A stretch of 55,226 bases of DNA, filler included, from Malassezia furfur (taxonomy: Eukaryota): assembly GCA_052055015.1 (NCBI GenBank). It is 3 parts of 3 records of this genome, joined end to end, with 100 filler letters (N's around TTAATTAATTAA, not from the genome) between each part and the next. Parts side by side here need not be neighbours in the genome. Positions count along the whole stretch, not along the records: positions 1 to 18,505 come from JBQJIT010000207.1; 2 more parts are not named here. One strand, given 5' to 3'. The position numbers were made by a program, and so were the translations under genes. Below are positions 1 through 12,543 of this stretch, piece after piece (the first letter of the stretch is position 1; every line of letters starts with the position of its first letter). Below the pieces are notes generated by a model. The model was given only the letters and a program-made list of their open reading frames with translations. It searched no databases and was not told the origin of the DNA.

Positions 1-2
1 TG

Positions 3-1946
3 GTCGCGGCGCACAAGCAGCGCCGGCGCGTCGACCGCAACGCGATCATGACCGTCTGCACCATGCCGGTCGCCGAGCATTCGCGCGTGCGGCCGTTTGG
101 CGACCAGTCGGTGTTCACCGTCGCGCCGAGCACCTCGCAGCTGCTCTACTACAACTCGGTGCCGGCGATCCCGCGCAAGCCGTTCATCAAGCTGCCGCTC
201 GAGCTGTTCGACGACGAGGGCGCACAGAGCCTCAGCGGCAAAGGCGCCGAGATCGACGTGCGCAACGACCTCGTGCACTGCGGCGTGGACGTGTGCGCGA
301 TCGACGTGCCCCCGCTGTTTACCGAAAACTTTGACTACCAGCTGTTCCTGCGCGAGTTTGTGCAGGGCATCCTCACCTCGGACCTGCTCGAGGCCAAAAT
401 CTTTCTGCACGTCGCGCCGCCGGCGAACGCGTCATCGACGTCGTCGGGCACGCCGTGGGACGCCACCGCCAAGGGGCTCCTCGGCTCGCCCGCGTACGGC
501 GAGGGCTACATGCTGCGCGCCTCGGGGCCGGGCGCGTACGAGGTCGTGAGCAACGACGTGCTCACCGGCTGGACCTATCCGTACACGCCGCGCCTGCGCC
601 TGCCCAACAGCGCCAACTACACGCACCTCAGCTCGCTGCGCTTCCTCGGCGAAGGCGCGACATACGCGCTCTCGGCGCGCATCGGCTTCCGCAGCCTGAT
701 CGGCCATGCGTCGCGCCTCGAGGACGGGGTCGACGTGCACCACTCGGTGGTCGGCGCGCGCGTCAAGATCGGTGCGCACTCGCAGGTGCACCACGCATTC
801 ATCTGGGACGACGTGACCGTCGGTGAGGACTGCGTGCTCACCGGCTGCATCATCGGGCACAACGTCACCATCCTCGACCGTGTCCGCCTCGACCGCGGGA
901 CGATCGTCGCGCCCAACTGCGTGATTGGGCCAGATGTGCATCTTGAGCGCGGCGCGCGTGTGTCGCTGCACCGCTTCCGCGAGAGTGAGGACGACGAGGA
1001 GGAAGAGGAGGATGAGGCGCACGGCGGCGACGCCAGCGCGCTCGGCGCCAACGGCAAGGGCTACCTCTGGGAGCCGCTGCACGCCAAGGCGCACGACGCC
1101 GACTCGGACGAGGATGACGCGGACGAGATCGAGAACGCCGCAAACGCACAGCTGTTCGGCATGGACGCGGACCTGGCGGAGGTCGACCTGAGCGACGCGC
1201 CGTCCGACCTGTCGTCGATCGACGCCGACTCGGACCCCGAGGCGCTGCTCGGCGACGACACCGACGAGGAGCTCGACTCCGACTCGGATCTCGACTCTCC
1301 CGACTCGCCCTCGGGCTTTGGCAGCGTGTCACTCACGCTGCCGGACGGCACCGAGTCGCAGACGTACGGCGAAAAGGTCGAGACCGAGAACCGTCTGTCC
1401 GAGTTCCGCATCGAAGCCACCGCGTCGCTGGAGCGTGCGTTCGAGGAGAACCACGCCGCAGACAATGCGGCGATCGAGCTCAAGACGCTGCGCATGGCCA
1501 GCAACGTGCCGCCCAGCGAGGTGCGCCGCGTGGTGATTGCGTTTGTGCTCGCGCGCTGCGACGTGGAGCGCCCCAAGGAGACGGCCGACCTGCTGGACAA
1601 GTGGGGGCCGCTCTTCCGCGAGGTATCGCACGATGACCAGGTCGAGGCCATCGCAGTGATGCAGTCGTACTGCGCCATGCACCTGACCCATACGCGCCTC
1701 TTCCTGCCACTGCTGAAGAAGGCATACAACGACGAGATGGTGTCGGACGACGCGATCCTTGCGTGGTGGCGCCACCCGTCGAGCCGCAAGGTGGTGTACG
1801 AGCTCGACGAGAAGCGCGAGGCGGCCGTCAAGCCTGTCGTGCTCGAGCTCCGGAAACGTGCCGAGCCGGTCGTGCGCCATATCCTCGAGTCGCAGGAATC
1901 GTCCGAGGAAGACGACGACGACGACGAAGACGACGAAGACGAATAG
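3..1946 (+). CDS. GCD6: Translation initiation factor eIF2B epsilon subunit (5' partial, begins upstream of window)
   Basis: The frame is open from base 3 (VAAHKQRRRVDRNAIMTVC). It contains hexapeptide LbH repeats (SVVGARVKIGAHSQVHHAFIWDDVTVGEDCVL), the AAIELKTLRMASN motif, a C-terminal W2 domain (YNDEMVSDDAILAWW) and an acidic tail. Confidence 0.92.
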   Translation, partial: VAAHKQRRRVDRNAIMTVCTMPVAEHSRVRPFGDQSVFTVAPSTSQLLYYNSVPAIPRKPFIKLPLELFDDEGAQSLSGKGAEIDVRNDLVHCGVDVCAIDVPPLFTENFDYQLFLREFVQGILTSDLLEAKIFLHVAPPANASSTSSGTPWDATAKGLLGSPAYGEGYMLRASGPGAYEVVSNDVLTGWTYPYTPRLRLPNSANYTHLSSLRFLGEGATYALSARIGFRSLIGHASRLEDGVDVHHSVVGARVKIGAHSQVHHAFIWDDVTVGEDCVLTGCIIGHNVTILDRVRLDRGTIVAPNCVIGPDVHLERGARVSLHRFRESEDDEEEEEDEAHGGDASALGANGKGYLWEPLHAKAHDADSDEDDADEIENAANAQLFGMDADLAEVDLSDAPSDLSSIDADSDPEALLGDDTDEELDSDSDLDSPDSPSGFGSVSLTLPDGTESQTYGEKVETENRLSEFRIEATASLERAFEENHAADNAAIELKTLRMASNVPPSEVRRVVIAFVLARCDVERPKETADLLDKWGPLFREVSHDDQVEAIAVMQSYCAMHLTHTRLFLPLLKKAYNDEMVSDDAILAWWRHPSSRKVVYELDEKREAAVKPVVLELRKRAEPVVRHILESQESSEEDDDDDEDDEDE

Positions 1947-1950
1947 CTCG

Positions 1951-2754
1951 CTACGATAGCACTAATCCGAAACGCTCGACGACTTGCGCCACAATCGCGG
2001 TCCATTCCAGCATCGCACCGTTGCCTGCGTCAGCCCAATCACGTACCCAGATCGCCGCATGCTAACCGCTTCTCGATGGGGCCAAACACCTCGTAATGCA
2101 ACGTGTCGCGCAGCACATCCAGATGCTGGTCCGTAAGAGGGTGCAGATACATAAGCGTGTTCATCGCAGGATACACCCACGTCGGCGTGTCGGGCGACAG
2201 GGCGCGCAGGAACGACGTCACGACATTGTCGCACAGACCATGCGCAATCTTCGCGAGGGTATTGGCGCTGCACGGCGCAAGAAGCACGACGTCGGCCCAC
2301 CGACGCAGCTGGGTAAATAGCACGCCACGCACCTCGATATGCAGTACGGGGTCGCCCAGCGCCTTCCACGCGCCCCATTCGTCCGCATCGGTCCAGAGCC
2401 GGAGCCGAGGGCCTTGGGGCATCGTCGCGTCTCCGCCCTGCGCAATCGTTTCTGCGGCCTTGTTCATCGTAGAAAGATCTTGCACAGAATAGCTTTCGTC
2501 ATTCAACGCACGAATCGCGTCGCGGTCGACAAAATGCAGCGCGTCGCGCGTCGCGACGACCTGCACTTGGACGTTGGAGTACTGGTGAGCGGCCACAACG
2601 TTCGTACCTTGAGCAATTCCTGTGCAATCAGCGACACCTTGACACTCGCAACGCTCCCGGTGCACGCCAGCACCACATGCAGCGGCCGCTCGGCCGTCGG
2701 CGGCGCTTGGAGCGGCGCATACATCGACCGCAGCGAGCGTGGTACGTCCGTCAT
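1951..2754 (-). CDS. CAB3: Phosphopantothenoylcysteine decarboxylase (HFCD flavoprotein, Hal3/Cab3 family), 3 introns
   Basis: Motifs VVLACTGSVASVK, DPVLHIELRRWAD, APCSANTLAKIAHGLCDN, PAMNTLMYLHP and LACGDLGNGAM are restored by introns at 2582-2607 (26 nt), 2309-2332 (24 nt, in-frame) and 2025-2046 (22 nt). TAG stop at 1951-1953. Confidence 0.88.
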
Positions 2755-2770
2755 GCTATGTGGAGGCTAC

Positions 2771-4141
2771 TTACGCATCGGGTGCGGGGGAAGGCCAACA
2801 CAGCTCGTTGACCTGGGCATCCTGCAGCGTGCGGCGAATCATGCCTTCAAATGAGGCGAGCTGATGGAAGAGGGTCTCGTACTTTTCCTTCACGGCCGCA
2901 TCCACGGGGTACGTGCCCAGACCGGCGGCCAGCGCACGGAACGCCGACACACCGGTATGCACCTCTTCGGTGGTGCTCATCCCCAGCAAGGTCGGCACCA
3001 TGTCCTTGGATGCTGAATTGCGCAGCCCATAGGACAGGGCCGTGTATCCAAGTACATTGTCGGCCGTCACCGGCGCGACATCGGTGACGCTCGCCGCATT
3101 CTTCGCGCGCGCATGTGCCAGTTGCACTGCTTCGAGCAGCTTAGGATCCGCGGGGTGCCACGGGGGAGTACCGCGATCGGAAAAGAGACCCATAGAGAAT
3201 GGCGATGCATTGATAAGCATGGGTGGCTCCCAGTTCGCTTCCGGAGCGCTCGATGGCCGCGCGGCAAATAGCGGCCGCCATGCAGAAAGCAAGTCGGCAT
3301 GGAGTGTGTCGTTGCTGTAGCTGAGGATCACATCGAGCGGGCGGTACGGCGGGTGCGACGCAATCAGGCGCGAAATGCGCACAAGCTCGCCCAGCGGGTA
3401 TCCACTCATGCCCACATTCCGAACAATGCCCTGGTCTTTGAGCTTAAACAGGGTCCGTGCCGCTTCCAACACTTGTTCGTCGCCCGGTCCACGGATTTTT
3501 GCCGCGTCTTCGGGCGCCAGGCCGAGGAGACGGAGTGCCTCTTCTTGGCTGTGGGGTGCGCCTGCGCACGGAAGTCCGACCGCCTGGGCCGCGAGCGGCG
3601 CGCCCTCAGGCGCCTGGGCAATGTCCGGCTGATTGGACACGAACTCGATGTCATGGAGCAGAGCTGCGTCAAGATACGTGGTACCAAGCCGCTTCAAGCT
3701 CCTTTGGATAGACTCCTCGAGCCGCGCGGGCGAGTAGTCAAACTTGTCCTTTTCCGCACCGTAGCGGCCGCACTTGGTGATGAGAAAGTAGGAAGAACGG
3801 GGGTATTCGGGGGCGAGGATGCGAAGTGCGCGGCCCAGGACGAGCTCGGACGGCTCATAATACGCAGATGTATCCAAAGCGTTGATACCGTACCGGAATG
3901 CGAGGCGGAGAGCGCGCACAGCCGCGTTGCTGTACAGCAGTGCGTCGTCATTGTACTTGCCGTGCCCATAAACGCCCCCGCCGAACATCATGGGCGAGCA
4001 TTGTGTCTTGAGATCGGTAAGCGTCGCTGGTTTGGGCCATGGCGCCTCGCCGTCGCGCAAAGGCGCATCCTGCAAGCTGTCAAGCGGCACAAGCTCGCCA
4101 AACGACTCGATTGGCGGATCCTCCGGCAGCGGAGTTGGCAT
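2771..4141 (-). CDS. Aldo-keto reductase, D-arabinose 1-dehydrogenase (Ara2)/L-galactose dehydrogenase-like
   Basis: AKR motifs [19 protein letters not shown] and [34 protein letters not shown]. The likely ATG is at 4141 (MPTPLPED); the upstream part of the track ORF is an antisense shadow of PGK1. Confidence 0.8.
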   Translation of the reverse strand: MPTPLPEDPPIESFGELVPLDSLQDAPLRDGEAPWPKPATLTDLKTQCSPMMFGGGVYGHGKYNDDALLYSNAAVRALRLAFRYGINALDTSAYYEPSELVLGRALRILAPEYPRSSYFLITKCGRYGAEKDKFDYSPARLEESIQRSLKRLGTTYLDAALLHDIEFVSNQPDIAQAPEGAPLAAQAVGLPCAGAPHSQEEALRLLGLAPEDAAKIRGPGDEQVLEAARTLFKLKDQGIVRNVGMSGYPLGELVRISRLIASHPPYRPLDVILSYSNDTLHADLLSAWRPLFAARPSSAPEANWEPPMLINASPFSMGLFSDRGTPPWHPADPKLLEAVQLAHARAKNAASVTDVAPVTADNVLGYTALSYGLRNSASKDMVPTLLGMSTTEEVHTGVSAFRALAAGLGTYPVDAAVKEKYETLFHQLASFEGMIRRTLQDAQVNELCWPSPAPDA

Positions 4142-4271
4142 GGTGGAGTGGCTGCGCGAAGCTTCGATGTGATTATGTAATACCTGCGCACCTACCACCG
4201 GCGTTTCCCGGGGCCGGACCGTGGGGAAGTGCACGGGGCGCGCCTCGCCTTGTCTTCCTACCGGAACCATC

Positions 4272-5522
4272 ATGTCTCTTACTACGAAGCTTGCCGTTAC
4301 CGACCTGGACCTTGCGAACAAGCGTGTTCTGATCCGTGTGGACTTCAACGTTCCCCTGGATGGTGACAAGATCACCAACAACCAGCGCATCGTTGCGGCG
4401 CTCCCCACAATCAAGTATGCCATTGAGCACAAGGCCAAGGCGGTGGTGCTGATGTCGCACCTCGGCCGTCCCGACGGCCAGAAGGTGGACAAGTTCTCGC
4501 TGAAGCCGGTTGTGCCGGAGCTGAGCAAGCTGCTTGGCCGCGACGTCGAGTTCCTCGACGACTGCGTCGGCCCCGAAGTCGAGAAGAAGGTGAACGAGGC
4601 CAAGGACGGCCAGGTGATCCTGCTCGAGAACGTGCGCTTCCACATCGAGGAAGAGGGCAAGGGCAAGAACGCGAGCGGCGAGAAGATCAAGGCCGACAAG
4701 GACGCCGTGGAGAAGTTCCGCCAGGAGCTGACCAAGCTCGGCGACGTGTATATCAACGACGCGTTCGGCACGGCGCACCGTGCGCACTCGTCGGTCGTGG
4801 GTGTGGAGCTGCCGCAGCGTGCGGCGGGCTTCCTGGTGAAGAAGGAGCTCGACTTCTTCTCCAAGGCGCTCGAGAACCCTGAGCGGCCCTTCCTGGCGAT
4901 CCTGGGTGGTGCCAAGATCTCGGACAAGATCCAGCTCATTGAGAACATGCTGGACAAGGTGAACATGCTCATCATTGGTGGTGGCATGGCATTCACCTTC
5001 AAGAAGCAGATTGACAACATGAGCATTGGCAGCTCGCTGTACGACGAGGAGGGTGCCAAGAAGGTGCACGAGATCATGGAGAAGGCCAAGAAGAACAACG
5101 TCGAGGTCCTCCTCCCCGTGGACTACGTGACGGGTGACAAGTTTGGCAAGGACGCCAAGGTCGGCCAGGCGGACGATGCGAGCGGCATCTCCGACGGCTG
5201 GATGGGCCTGGACATTGGCGAGAAGAGCCGCAAGCAGTTCGCCGAGGCGATCGTCAAGGCCAAGACGATCCTGTGGAACGGCCCGCCCGGTGTGTTTGAG
5301 TTTGACAACTTCGCCGGCGGCTCCAAGGCGCTGCTCGACGCGGTGGTCGAGGCCGAGAAGAAGGGCAGCACGGTCATTGTCGGCGGTGGTGACACGGCGA
5401 CGGTCGTGGCCAAGTACGGTGAGGAGAAGAACATCTCCCACGTGTCGACGGGCGGTGGTGCGTCGCTCGAGCTGCTCGAGGGCAAGGACCTGCCCGGTGT
5501 GTCTGCGCTGAGCTCCAAGTAG
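4272..5522 (+). CDS. PGK1: Phosphoglycerate kinase
   Basis: Contains [34 protein letters not shown] and [15 protein letters not shown]. 416 aa from ATG 4272, with strong codon bias. Confidence 0.99.
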   Translation: MSLTTKLAVTDLDLANKRVLIRVDFNVPLDGDKITNNQRIVAALPTIKYAIEHKAKAVVLMSHLGRPDGQKVDKFSLKPVVPELSKLLGRDVEFLDDCVGPEVEKKVNEAKDGQVILLENVRFHIEEEGKGKNASGEKIKADKDAVEKFRQELTKLGDVYINDAFGTAHRAHSSVVGVELPQRAAGFLVKKELDFFSKALENPERPFLAILGGAKISDKIQLIENMLDKVNMLIIGGGMAFTFKKQIDNMSIGSSLYDEEGAKKVHEIMEKAKKNNVEVLLPVDYVTGDKFGKDAKVGQADDASGISDGWMGLDIGEKSRKQFAEAIVKAKTILWNGPPGVFEFDNFAGGSKALLDAVVEAEKKGSTVIVGGGDTATVVAKYGEEKNISHVSTGGGASLELLEGKDLPGVSALSSK

Positions 5523-5545
5523 GTGTGTGTATGTGATTAGCAACA

Positions 5546-7975
5546 CTATTCATTCTGCATAATGAACGCCATCTCTTGCTTGAGCGTTTCGTTGCGGTAC
5601 TGCAAACGAATGTTGGGCACGTTTGTCTTGGACACGTCGTTCCCGTCAGGCCCTGGCCGGAAAAAGTGTGTGCCGAGCCAGTGACGCTTGATTTCCATCT
5701 CCCAGCCAGACTGGAGCACGCTGTTGCGCGCCAGTTCGCACATGTCGGTCGACGTGAGCTTGTAGATCTGTGTCGCAATACTGTACTCCTCGAGCAGTGG
5801 CTCCTTCGACAGGTGGAATTGCAGCGGGTCGTCGGTCGACAGCGTGACGACAAGGCCCTTGCGGAAGTATTCCGGGAACGGGTTGCGCTCGTACGCCAAA
5901 AAGAGTGCATTGTTGCTTAGCGGCGACATGGCGAGCGGAATTTGCTTGAGGTAGTACAGGTACTGCAGCACAGGCACCTTGCGGAGGGTAATGCCGTGCG
6001 AGATCGACTGCGACGTAAGGTACGCGGCGGCCATGTGGTCTGGGTCGCCCGCCTCGCCCGCGTGCGGGCGGAGGACGAGCGTGGAGAAGCCGCGCAGGCG
6101 GCGCCACTGGTTGAGCGACGCCATGTTGGCATACATGTAGTACAGCCAGTAGGAGTACGGCGGGCTCTGGCTGTAGTTCCACTGCCGCGGCGGCGGGAAC
6201 TGGCGGAGGAAACGGCGCTCCGGCTTGCTCTCGTCGTCGACCATGTCGAAGCCAATCACACGCTGCAGGAAGATGTGCAGTTTGGGGTGCGTCTGGGGGT
6301 TCTGTGTCACCTCAAACAGCGGGTAGAAGATGTTGTGGAGCAGCTCCTGGAAGTTGGAGACGTTGTTGTTCGCCTTGTACACCTCGTACAGCCGCGGCAC
6401 CTGGATGAGCCACCGGATGTTGGGGCTGAACAGGTGGTGGTCCACGACCCAGCTCGCAAGCTTGTCCCACTCGTCCGGGCTGCGCCCGTAGATCGAGATA
6501 CGGTATTCCGACATCTGGTACTTGCTCTGCTCCAGGTCGTGCGCAATCTCGCGGGTGATCTCGGCGAGGTAGCGCCCGTTGATGTAGTTGTTCGTCTTGA
6601 GGAAGATCTCGCGGAGCTGCGACTTGCCGATCGGGTTGTATTTCAGATTGAAGCGGTCGAACCGGTGGAAGGCGTCCTGGTGCGCGTGCATGTCGAGCGT
6701 GTCGATGCTCAGGTCATACGCGGTGAGCCCGAGCGAGCGGAACACCTCGTCGAGCGTCAGCGTCTTGCCGTCGCGCTGCAGTACAAGGTCGTCCGGGAAA
6801 CGCTTGATCTTGGACTTGATGAAGCGCAGCAGGTGCTTCTGGTTCATGCTCGCGCTGTGGTGGACGTGGGTATCGACCTTACGCACGTTGTAAAAGTCGC
6901 GGTGCGGCACCTTCTTGATCGCATCCAGCTCGCGGTACTCGTTGAGCAGCTTGTACAGATTCCACTTGCCCTCGAGGTATTTGAGCCGGCGCCACGCAAA
7001 CGTCTTCGCAGGGCCATCGACCGTGAAATTGTGCAGAAAGTCGAGGTCGTGGAAGTACTCGTTGCTCGTGGGCACCTTGGTCACGTACCGCCGCGTGCGG
7101 TGCGCCGCGGCGCCTGCCTCGGCATGGCCGTTGCGTGGGTCGTTGTCATCGCGGTCGAACCACACCTGGAACACGCCCTGGTCCGCCTCGAACTCGAACG
7201 GGCGGTCGCCCAGCACATGCGGGCCAGGGATCGCCATGTCTGACATGCGGAACACGCCCGGCTTGCCGCCGCTGCTCTCGAGCAGCTGCTGCGCCGCGAC
7301 GACGTTGGCATGGGACGCGGGCGGCATCGGCTCCGGCAGCGCGCCGCCGGCGTCCGGCCGCACGAACGACGATGCGGGCGCGGGCGTAAAGTGCTCCCAG
7401 TGTGGCCGCGGCGGCGCAGGGTACACTTTCCACGGCTTGGGCCGCTCCGCTGCGTCGTCCCATGCGCAGCCGTCGACCTTCACCGCGCCGTCCTCGACGT
7501 GCTCGTCGATCACTGGCATCGACACGCCCGCGGCGCGCGACCACTCCTCGCAGTACTCTGCGTCCCAGTTCTTGGGGTTGTCAAACAGGTTGCCCTGCAG
7601 GCTCGCGTCCATGTACTTCTCGCGCAGCTCGAGGCAGCGGCGCAGGTTCTTGAACAGGTCCTCGCATTCCGACGGCATGTGGTGCGGCATCTTGAGGATC
7701 TGGCTCACGACGTGGTCGTCGCCGAACTGCATCTCCTCGCCCATCGTGAACGCGGTGCCGAGCGTCGCGGCCGCCTCGGTCGCGATCGCCGAGTCCATGG
7801 CGGAGAGTTTGGCGTCTACCTCGTCGTGATAGGGCGCGCCGTTTTCCTCCTCGTCCACGACATCGTCGTCGATCGCCGCCCGCCAGCTATCGCCGATGCC
7901 GCGCTCCAGCGACGCCTCGCGCGACTGCGACTCGTACTCGGCGGGCTGCCGCGGAAAGCGCCCGTACGCGCTCAT
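5546..7975 (-). CDS. AMD1: AMP deaminase
   Basis: Contains [37 protein letters not shown] and [10 protein letters not shown]. Likely ATG at 7975 (MSAYGRFP). Confidence 0.97.
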   Translation of the reverse strand: MSAYGRFPRQPAEYESQSREASLERGIGDSWRAAIDDDVVDEEENGAPYHDEVDAKLSAMDSAIATEAAATLGTAFTMGEEMQFGDDHVVSQILKMPHHMPSECEDLFKNLRRCLELREKYMDASLQGNLFDNPKNWDAEYCEEWSRAAGVSMPVIDEHVEDGAVKVDGCAWDDAAERPKPWKVYPAPPRPHWEHFTPAPASSFVRPDAGGALPEPMPPASHANVVAAQQLLESSGGKPGVFRMSDMAIPGPHVLGDRPFEFEADQGVFQVWFDRDDNDPRNGHAEAGAAAHRTRRYVTKVPTSNEYFHDLDFLHNFTVDGPAKTFAWRRLKYLEGKWNLYKLLNEYRELDAIKKVPHRDFYNVRKVDTHVHHSASMNQKHLLRFIKSKIKRFPDDLVLQRDGKTLTLDEVFRSLGLTAYDLSIDTLDMHAHQDAFHRFDRFNLKYNPIGKSQLREIFLKTNNYINGRYLAEITREIAHDLEQSKYQMSEYRISIYGRSPDEWDKLASWVVDHHLFSPNIRWLIQVPRLYEVYKANNNVSNFQELLHNIFYPLFEVTQNPQTHPKLHIFLQRVIGFDMVDDESKPERRFLRQFPPPRQWNYSQSPPYSYWLYYMYANMASLNQWRRLRGFSTLVLRPHAGEAGDPDHMAAAYLTSQSISHGITLRKVPVLQYLYYLKQIPLAMSPLSNNALFLAYERNPFPEYFRKGLVVTLSTDDPLQFHLSKEPLLEEYSIATQIYKLTSTDMCELARNSVLQSGWEMEIKRHWLGTHFFRPGPDGNDVSKTNVPNIRLQYRNETLKQEMAFIMQNE

Positions 7976-8029
7976 GGTGGAGAAAATAGTCTGCACGTGG
8001 CACCGCGCGCGACGCTGCACGCGTCGACG

Positions 8030-9823
8030 ATGGACACGCACCTGGATGCGCTGCAGCGCACACTCGATGCGCTGCATACGCAGCTTGCGTACACCAAGGA
8101 GCAGCAGCAGCATCCGTCGTACTTTACGAATGCCGTGCTGCGCACCAACCAGCTCGACATCCTCGAGCTGATCCGCGACGCCGATCAACTCGAGGCGTCG
8201 CTGTTTGCCTACCCCGCACGCGACGACGGCGCCGAGCGCGCAGGCGATGTACCGCTCGCGCCGCAGCCACGCGCAGTCCATATCCCTACGCCACTGCGCC
8301 GCAGCGCGACCGACGCGCCGGGCGCACACAGCGCGCGCTTCTACCTGCAGGCCGCCGAGAAACTCATGCAGAGCTAGTACGTCCCCGCTTTCTCACGCAG
8401 CCACAACGCGCCGCGCGCACGCAAACACATCCGCATGTTGCTCAAGCGCGACGGCGAGGTGCAGCGGCATATCCAGCGCTACGCGTCCACGATCGAGCAC
8501 GCGAAAAACACCCAGCCTACCCCGGGCAAGGCCCGGCCAAACCGCGCGCGGGCGTCGGACAACGGCGAGTTGCGGCAGCTCCGCGAGGAGATTCAGCGCG
8601 AGAAGATGGAGATTGTTGCGCTGGAGAACATGCTCGCGGAACTCGAGACTGCGCCGCAGCCACAAGCCGTCGAGCAGGCTGCCGAGCCAGTGGACGAGCC
8701 GGCGGCCGAGCGTGCGCCTGAGCCTAGCGCGTCCCCATCGAAGCCAGAACGCACCGCGCGCGCCCAGCCATCGTCTTCACGGACTGCAGCGCGCACGCCC
8801 AAGACCCCGGCGCCCAGTACGCCGTCCAAGGCGCCCCTGGCGCAATCTGTGCGTGCACGCACACCGGAACGGACACCGGCCACTGCGCGTCTTCGGCGCA
8901 CGCTGGACGGCACGCCGCGCTTTGCACAGAGCGTGTCGCAGCCGCCCAGCACGACGCCCGCGCGCCAGTCCCGGCGCCCGCTCGCACAGAGCGTCGCGTC
9001 GCCCTCGACACCAAACCGCCGCCCGCCGCCTGCGTCGCCCGCACGTGCGCTTGGCTCGCCAGCGGTGCGTGCGCCAGCGTCCCCGGCCATGCGTGCGCCC
9101 GCGTCCCCGGCCGTCCGCGCGCCTGCCTCTCCCGCCGTCCGCGCGGCAGCCTCTCCTGCCGTCCGTGCGCCAGCCTCCCCCGCTGTCGGTCGCGCCAAAT
9201 CCGGGACGCCGACGCGCCCGACGCTGCTCCCTCTCGGCCAGGTGCCGGCGACATCCGACGAGCTCGAGCGCATCACGACACTGCTCTGGACGCGGTTTGG
9301 CGAAGCGTTGCGGTACGTTAGCGCCGAGGAGCGCGCGCCGTTCAAAAGCACGTTTGCGCTCCTTGCGTCGCTCGAGTGCTGTGGGCAGGACCCCACTGCG
9401 CTGCAGACGGATGCGCCGGCGTCCGCAGACGACTCGGTGCGCGCGCCAAGCGGCGTGACGTCCCTGGCGACGCAGAGCAGTGCGGGCATACCGCTGAGCG
9501 CGCCGCTGAGTGTCAACACGGTGGTGATGGCGCACGTCATCCTGCTCCTCTTCCGTGCGCCGGCGCCGCACGCCCTCACGCTGCCCACCATCAAGACGCT
9601 CACCGACTCGTGGTGGCGGCAGCGGGGGCAGGACGTGTTCCGTGCGACGGCGGCGACACCCTCGCTGTCGCACGCCGAGGCCGTCCGCCAGGCGGGACTG
9701 GACGCGTCCGAGGTCGACATGGGCGGCGACACACTGGGGTCGCGTGCCGTGTACGGCCTCGTGGCCAAGAAGCTGCTGCGCATCCACCGCGCGGGCGGCG
9801 CAGCGACGATCCGGTTTGCATAG
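8030..9823 (+). CDS. SPC34: DASH/Dam1 complex subunit Spc34-like, with long C-terminal extension; 1 intron
   Basis: The N-terminal YFTNAVL...[16 protein letters not shown] matches my recollection of the Spc34 signature (FTNALL..I..LIRD...E..LF). Intron 8377-8400 (GTACGT...CTCACGCAG) joins it to a coiled coil (ARKHIRMLL...[16 protein letters not shown]) and a Pro/Ser/Ala-rich tail. Confidence 0.72.
9062..9181 (+). repeat. Coding tandem repeat, 5 x 24 bp (A[VM]RA[PA]ASP)
   Basis: Translation reads [40 protein letters not shown], with degenerate codons. Confidence 0.9.
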
Positions 9824-11337
9824 CTATTCGAGTACCTGGATTTTGGGTGTAGTGCCCATCTGCTGCACACGCGGGTCCATGCGGCCCACCGTCGCGTTCG
9901 CGGCCGCAATGTGCGCAAGCTGCTCCGCATCGTCGCGCTCCTTCTCGAGGCGCGCTACCTCGCCATCGAGCTGCACGCCGACAGCGAGCTGCGCCGCACG
10001 TGGCGCCGTAGTATAGGCATGCGCGTAAAACGCCAGCTTCTTGGCGATCCCGCGGTCGGTGGTGCCTAGCATCGCGGCCAGATCGCCCAGCGCATACACC
10101 AGCACCGGTGCATCGTCCGCGTCACGGACGCCTGGGGGAGCAAGTAAGGGGCGAATGTCGCGCAGGAGCATCGCAAGCAGCGCTGCGGCACTCGGTCCCA
10201 CATCGTTCGGACCGAGTGTGTAAAGAAGGTAGAGCCCGGCATCGTCCACACTCGTCAGCATGGTGCTTGCAAGCTTGGGCGACGTGCGTGGGTGTGCAAA
10301 CACAAACGGGAGAAGACGGCGGAGAAGCGTACGTATCGCCTCGCATGTCTCGTCGGACTCGGCAGACGGCGCCGTACCGGCGCGTGGGGTATCGTTGGGA
10401 GCGCGGGGTGCGGGGGTATCAGGGAGGGAGGCACGTGCAGAATCAGTGGACGTAGCAGCCGCAGGCGCCTCGGCATCTTCGAGTGGGGGCGGTTCACCGT
10501 CGCTATCCTCGTCGACAGGGGCTGCAGGAGCCGCTTCAGGCACATGCACCGGCGGCGGGCTGGCTGCAGGCACCCGAACTGGCTCGTTAGGTGGCTGGGC
10601 TCCGCACATGCGGCCCCGTGCCGCCTCCACAGGCAGACGCGCCAGCTGGCCGTGCCGCAGGGCGTACGCATACGCCAGCAGCACTGCGACTACATTGTAC
10701 CGCAAATCCGCACGAACTGCGACGTTTGACGCCGTAAGTTTCTCGACATCGCGCACAAACTCGGTTGTGCCGTCGAGCGTCGTGCGCTCGGTCCACCACA
10801 GCGGCACACCCTCGTCGTCCTCAAAGTACATGCGCGCCGCACGCGACGGGTCGCGCAGCAGCGACTGGAAGCGCTGGCGATCTGCAAGCGAGAGCCGTGC
10901 AAGCATCTCATCGGCATCGCTCCCCACGTCCTCGTCGCCGTCATGCTCTGCGCCGTCGTCATGCTCTGCATCGCTGCTCTCGTCGCTCAGGACACCCTCG
11001 CCAGTCTCGAGACGCCAGAGCAGCTCCATGGTTTTGCGCCTTTCCACGTCGTCCACCGATACATCTTCCTTGGACAGATTCTCACGCGCCGACTGCTGTG
11101 CAAACGGCTCCGAGCACGCGCGGTGCACATTCGCACGGAAGCACGCAAGCGAGCAGTAGGGGAGACGACACGTCGGGCAGTGGTACTTGGCCTCGCGGAG
11201 GAAGCAGCTGCGTGAGCGCATATGCATACATACATTCCGCATATCCGTGCCGTACCGGGCTCTGTGCGCTCGACCTCGTCCCGCGACGAGCGGCGCACAC
11301 GACGCGCCACCCGACGCACGTCAAAGAGGTCGGCCAT
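9824..11337 (-). CDS. HIT-type zinc finger protein (ZNHIT2-like); 1 intron
   Basis: Removing intron 11208-11233 (26 nt) gives CGICFLREAKYHCPTCRLPYCSLACFRANVHRACSEPF (zf-HIT). A LRYNVVAVLLAYAYALR helix follows downstream. Confidence 0.8.
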
Positions 11338-11376
11338 GAATGTGGAGGAAAAAGCTGCGTACGTCTAGATGCGGGG

Positions 11377-12509
11377 TCAAGTGGAGGACGCCGTGGACGC
11401 GAGCGGCGCCGTCCAGCGCGGCCGGTAGTGCACCTGGGGGCGCAGGATATCGTCGGCGCTCTGGATGATACGTAGCTCACGCATCCGCATAATTTTTACA
11501 CGGTCCTCCTCGCTCGCAAGGTGCGAGGGCTGCAGCGGATCAAGACCCTCCTGCTCACCGAGCATTTCCATCGCGCGCGCGGTGCGGATGAGCACCTGCT
11601 GCAGCGACGCCACAGCCAGCGTCACGGCGCGTGCAATAGGCAGAGTGCACTCGCCCTCTACGGGCGCGCCGTACCCGTCGTATGCGGCACGCGCAGGCAC
11701 AGGGACGTCCTCTTCGTGTTCCATAAACCGTGCAACGGTCAGTGCCGAGAACAGGTCGCCCACGCCGCTAAAGTACTCGCCCAGCGACGGGAATTGAAGG
11801 AACCACGGCTGAAGCTCCTTGGTATCTGCATTCCACGTCGAGCCCACGAGCAACATCGCCGGCTTCCCGTCAGGCATGGTGGGCATCGCGCCAATCGCAT
11901 TAAGGTCGTCTTTGCTCAGTTCGAGCGAGGTAATGAGCACATGCGGCACTTGGTACTCGTCGTGCAGCTTCGTCAGCGCCGCCTTCAGTGTCTCGATGGA
12001 GCGAATTTCGATGCCAGAAAGCACCTGAGCCTCAAACTGGTTGGGACAGATGATGGAGGCCAAGTGCAGCATGCGCCGGTAAATCGGCAGCACGTCCGGA
12101 TTCACATACATGCCCCGGTCCATGTCGCCCATGACCGGGTCGAGCAAGTAGACCATGTGTGGGTTCTTTTCGCGCTGCGCACGGATAAGCTTCTCCACCT
12201 CGCCGAGGGCCTCGGGCGACGGTGTGTAGCCCGTCAGCAGCCGGTTGTGCCGCAATAGCTTGTTGCGGTCCATATTGGAAAAGACGTCGGCCAGGTGCGC
12301 GGCGTCAAACCGCAAGCCACCCCAGCGGCCGTACCCCGTATGATTCGAAAACTGGACCGTATTCACAGCGTCAACGTCCCAGCCTAACAGCTGGCAGGGG
12401 AAGGTGGCTGCACGATTCCCTGGCATGAGAAGATGCACGTACCGACATAGCCCGTAGCGACATGGCTCTGGATTGTGAGCAGCCGATAGGACGCTGTATC
12501 GCTGCTCAT
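11377..12509 (-). CDS. BUD16: Pyridoxal kinase (PdxK/Bud16 family); 1 intron
   Basis: Intron 12420-12442 (23 nt) restores LLTIQSHVATGYVGNRAATFP. Also NTVQFSNHTGY, LDPVMGD, PNQFEA and FSGVGDLFSAL. Confidence 0.92.
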
Positions 12510-12543
12510 TGAGGTAAGAAGGTGTTGCTGACTCAGCCCGACC

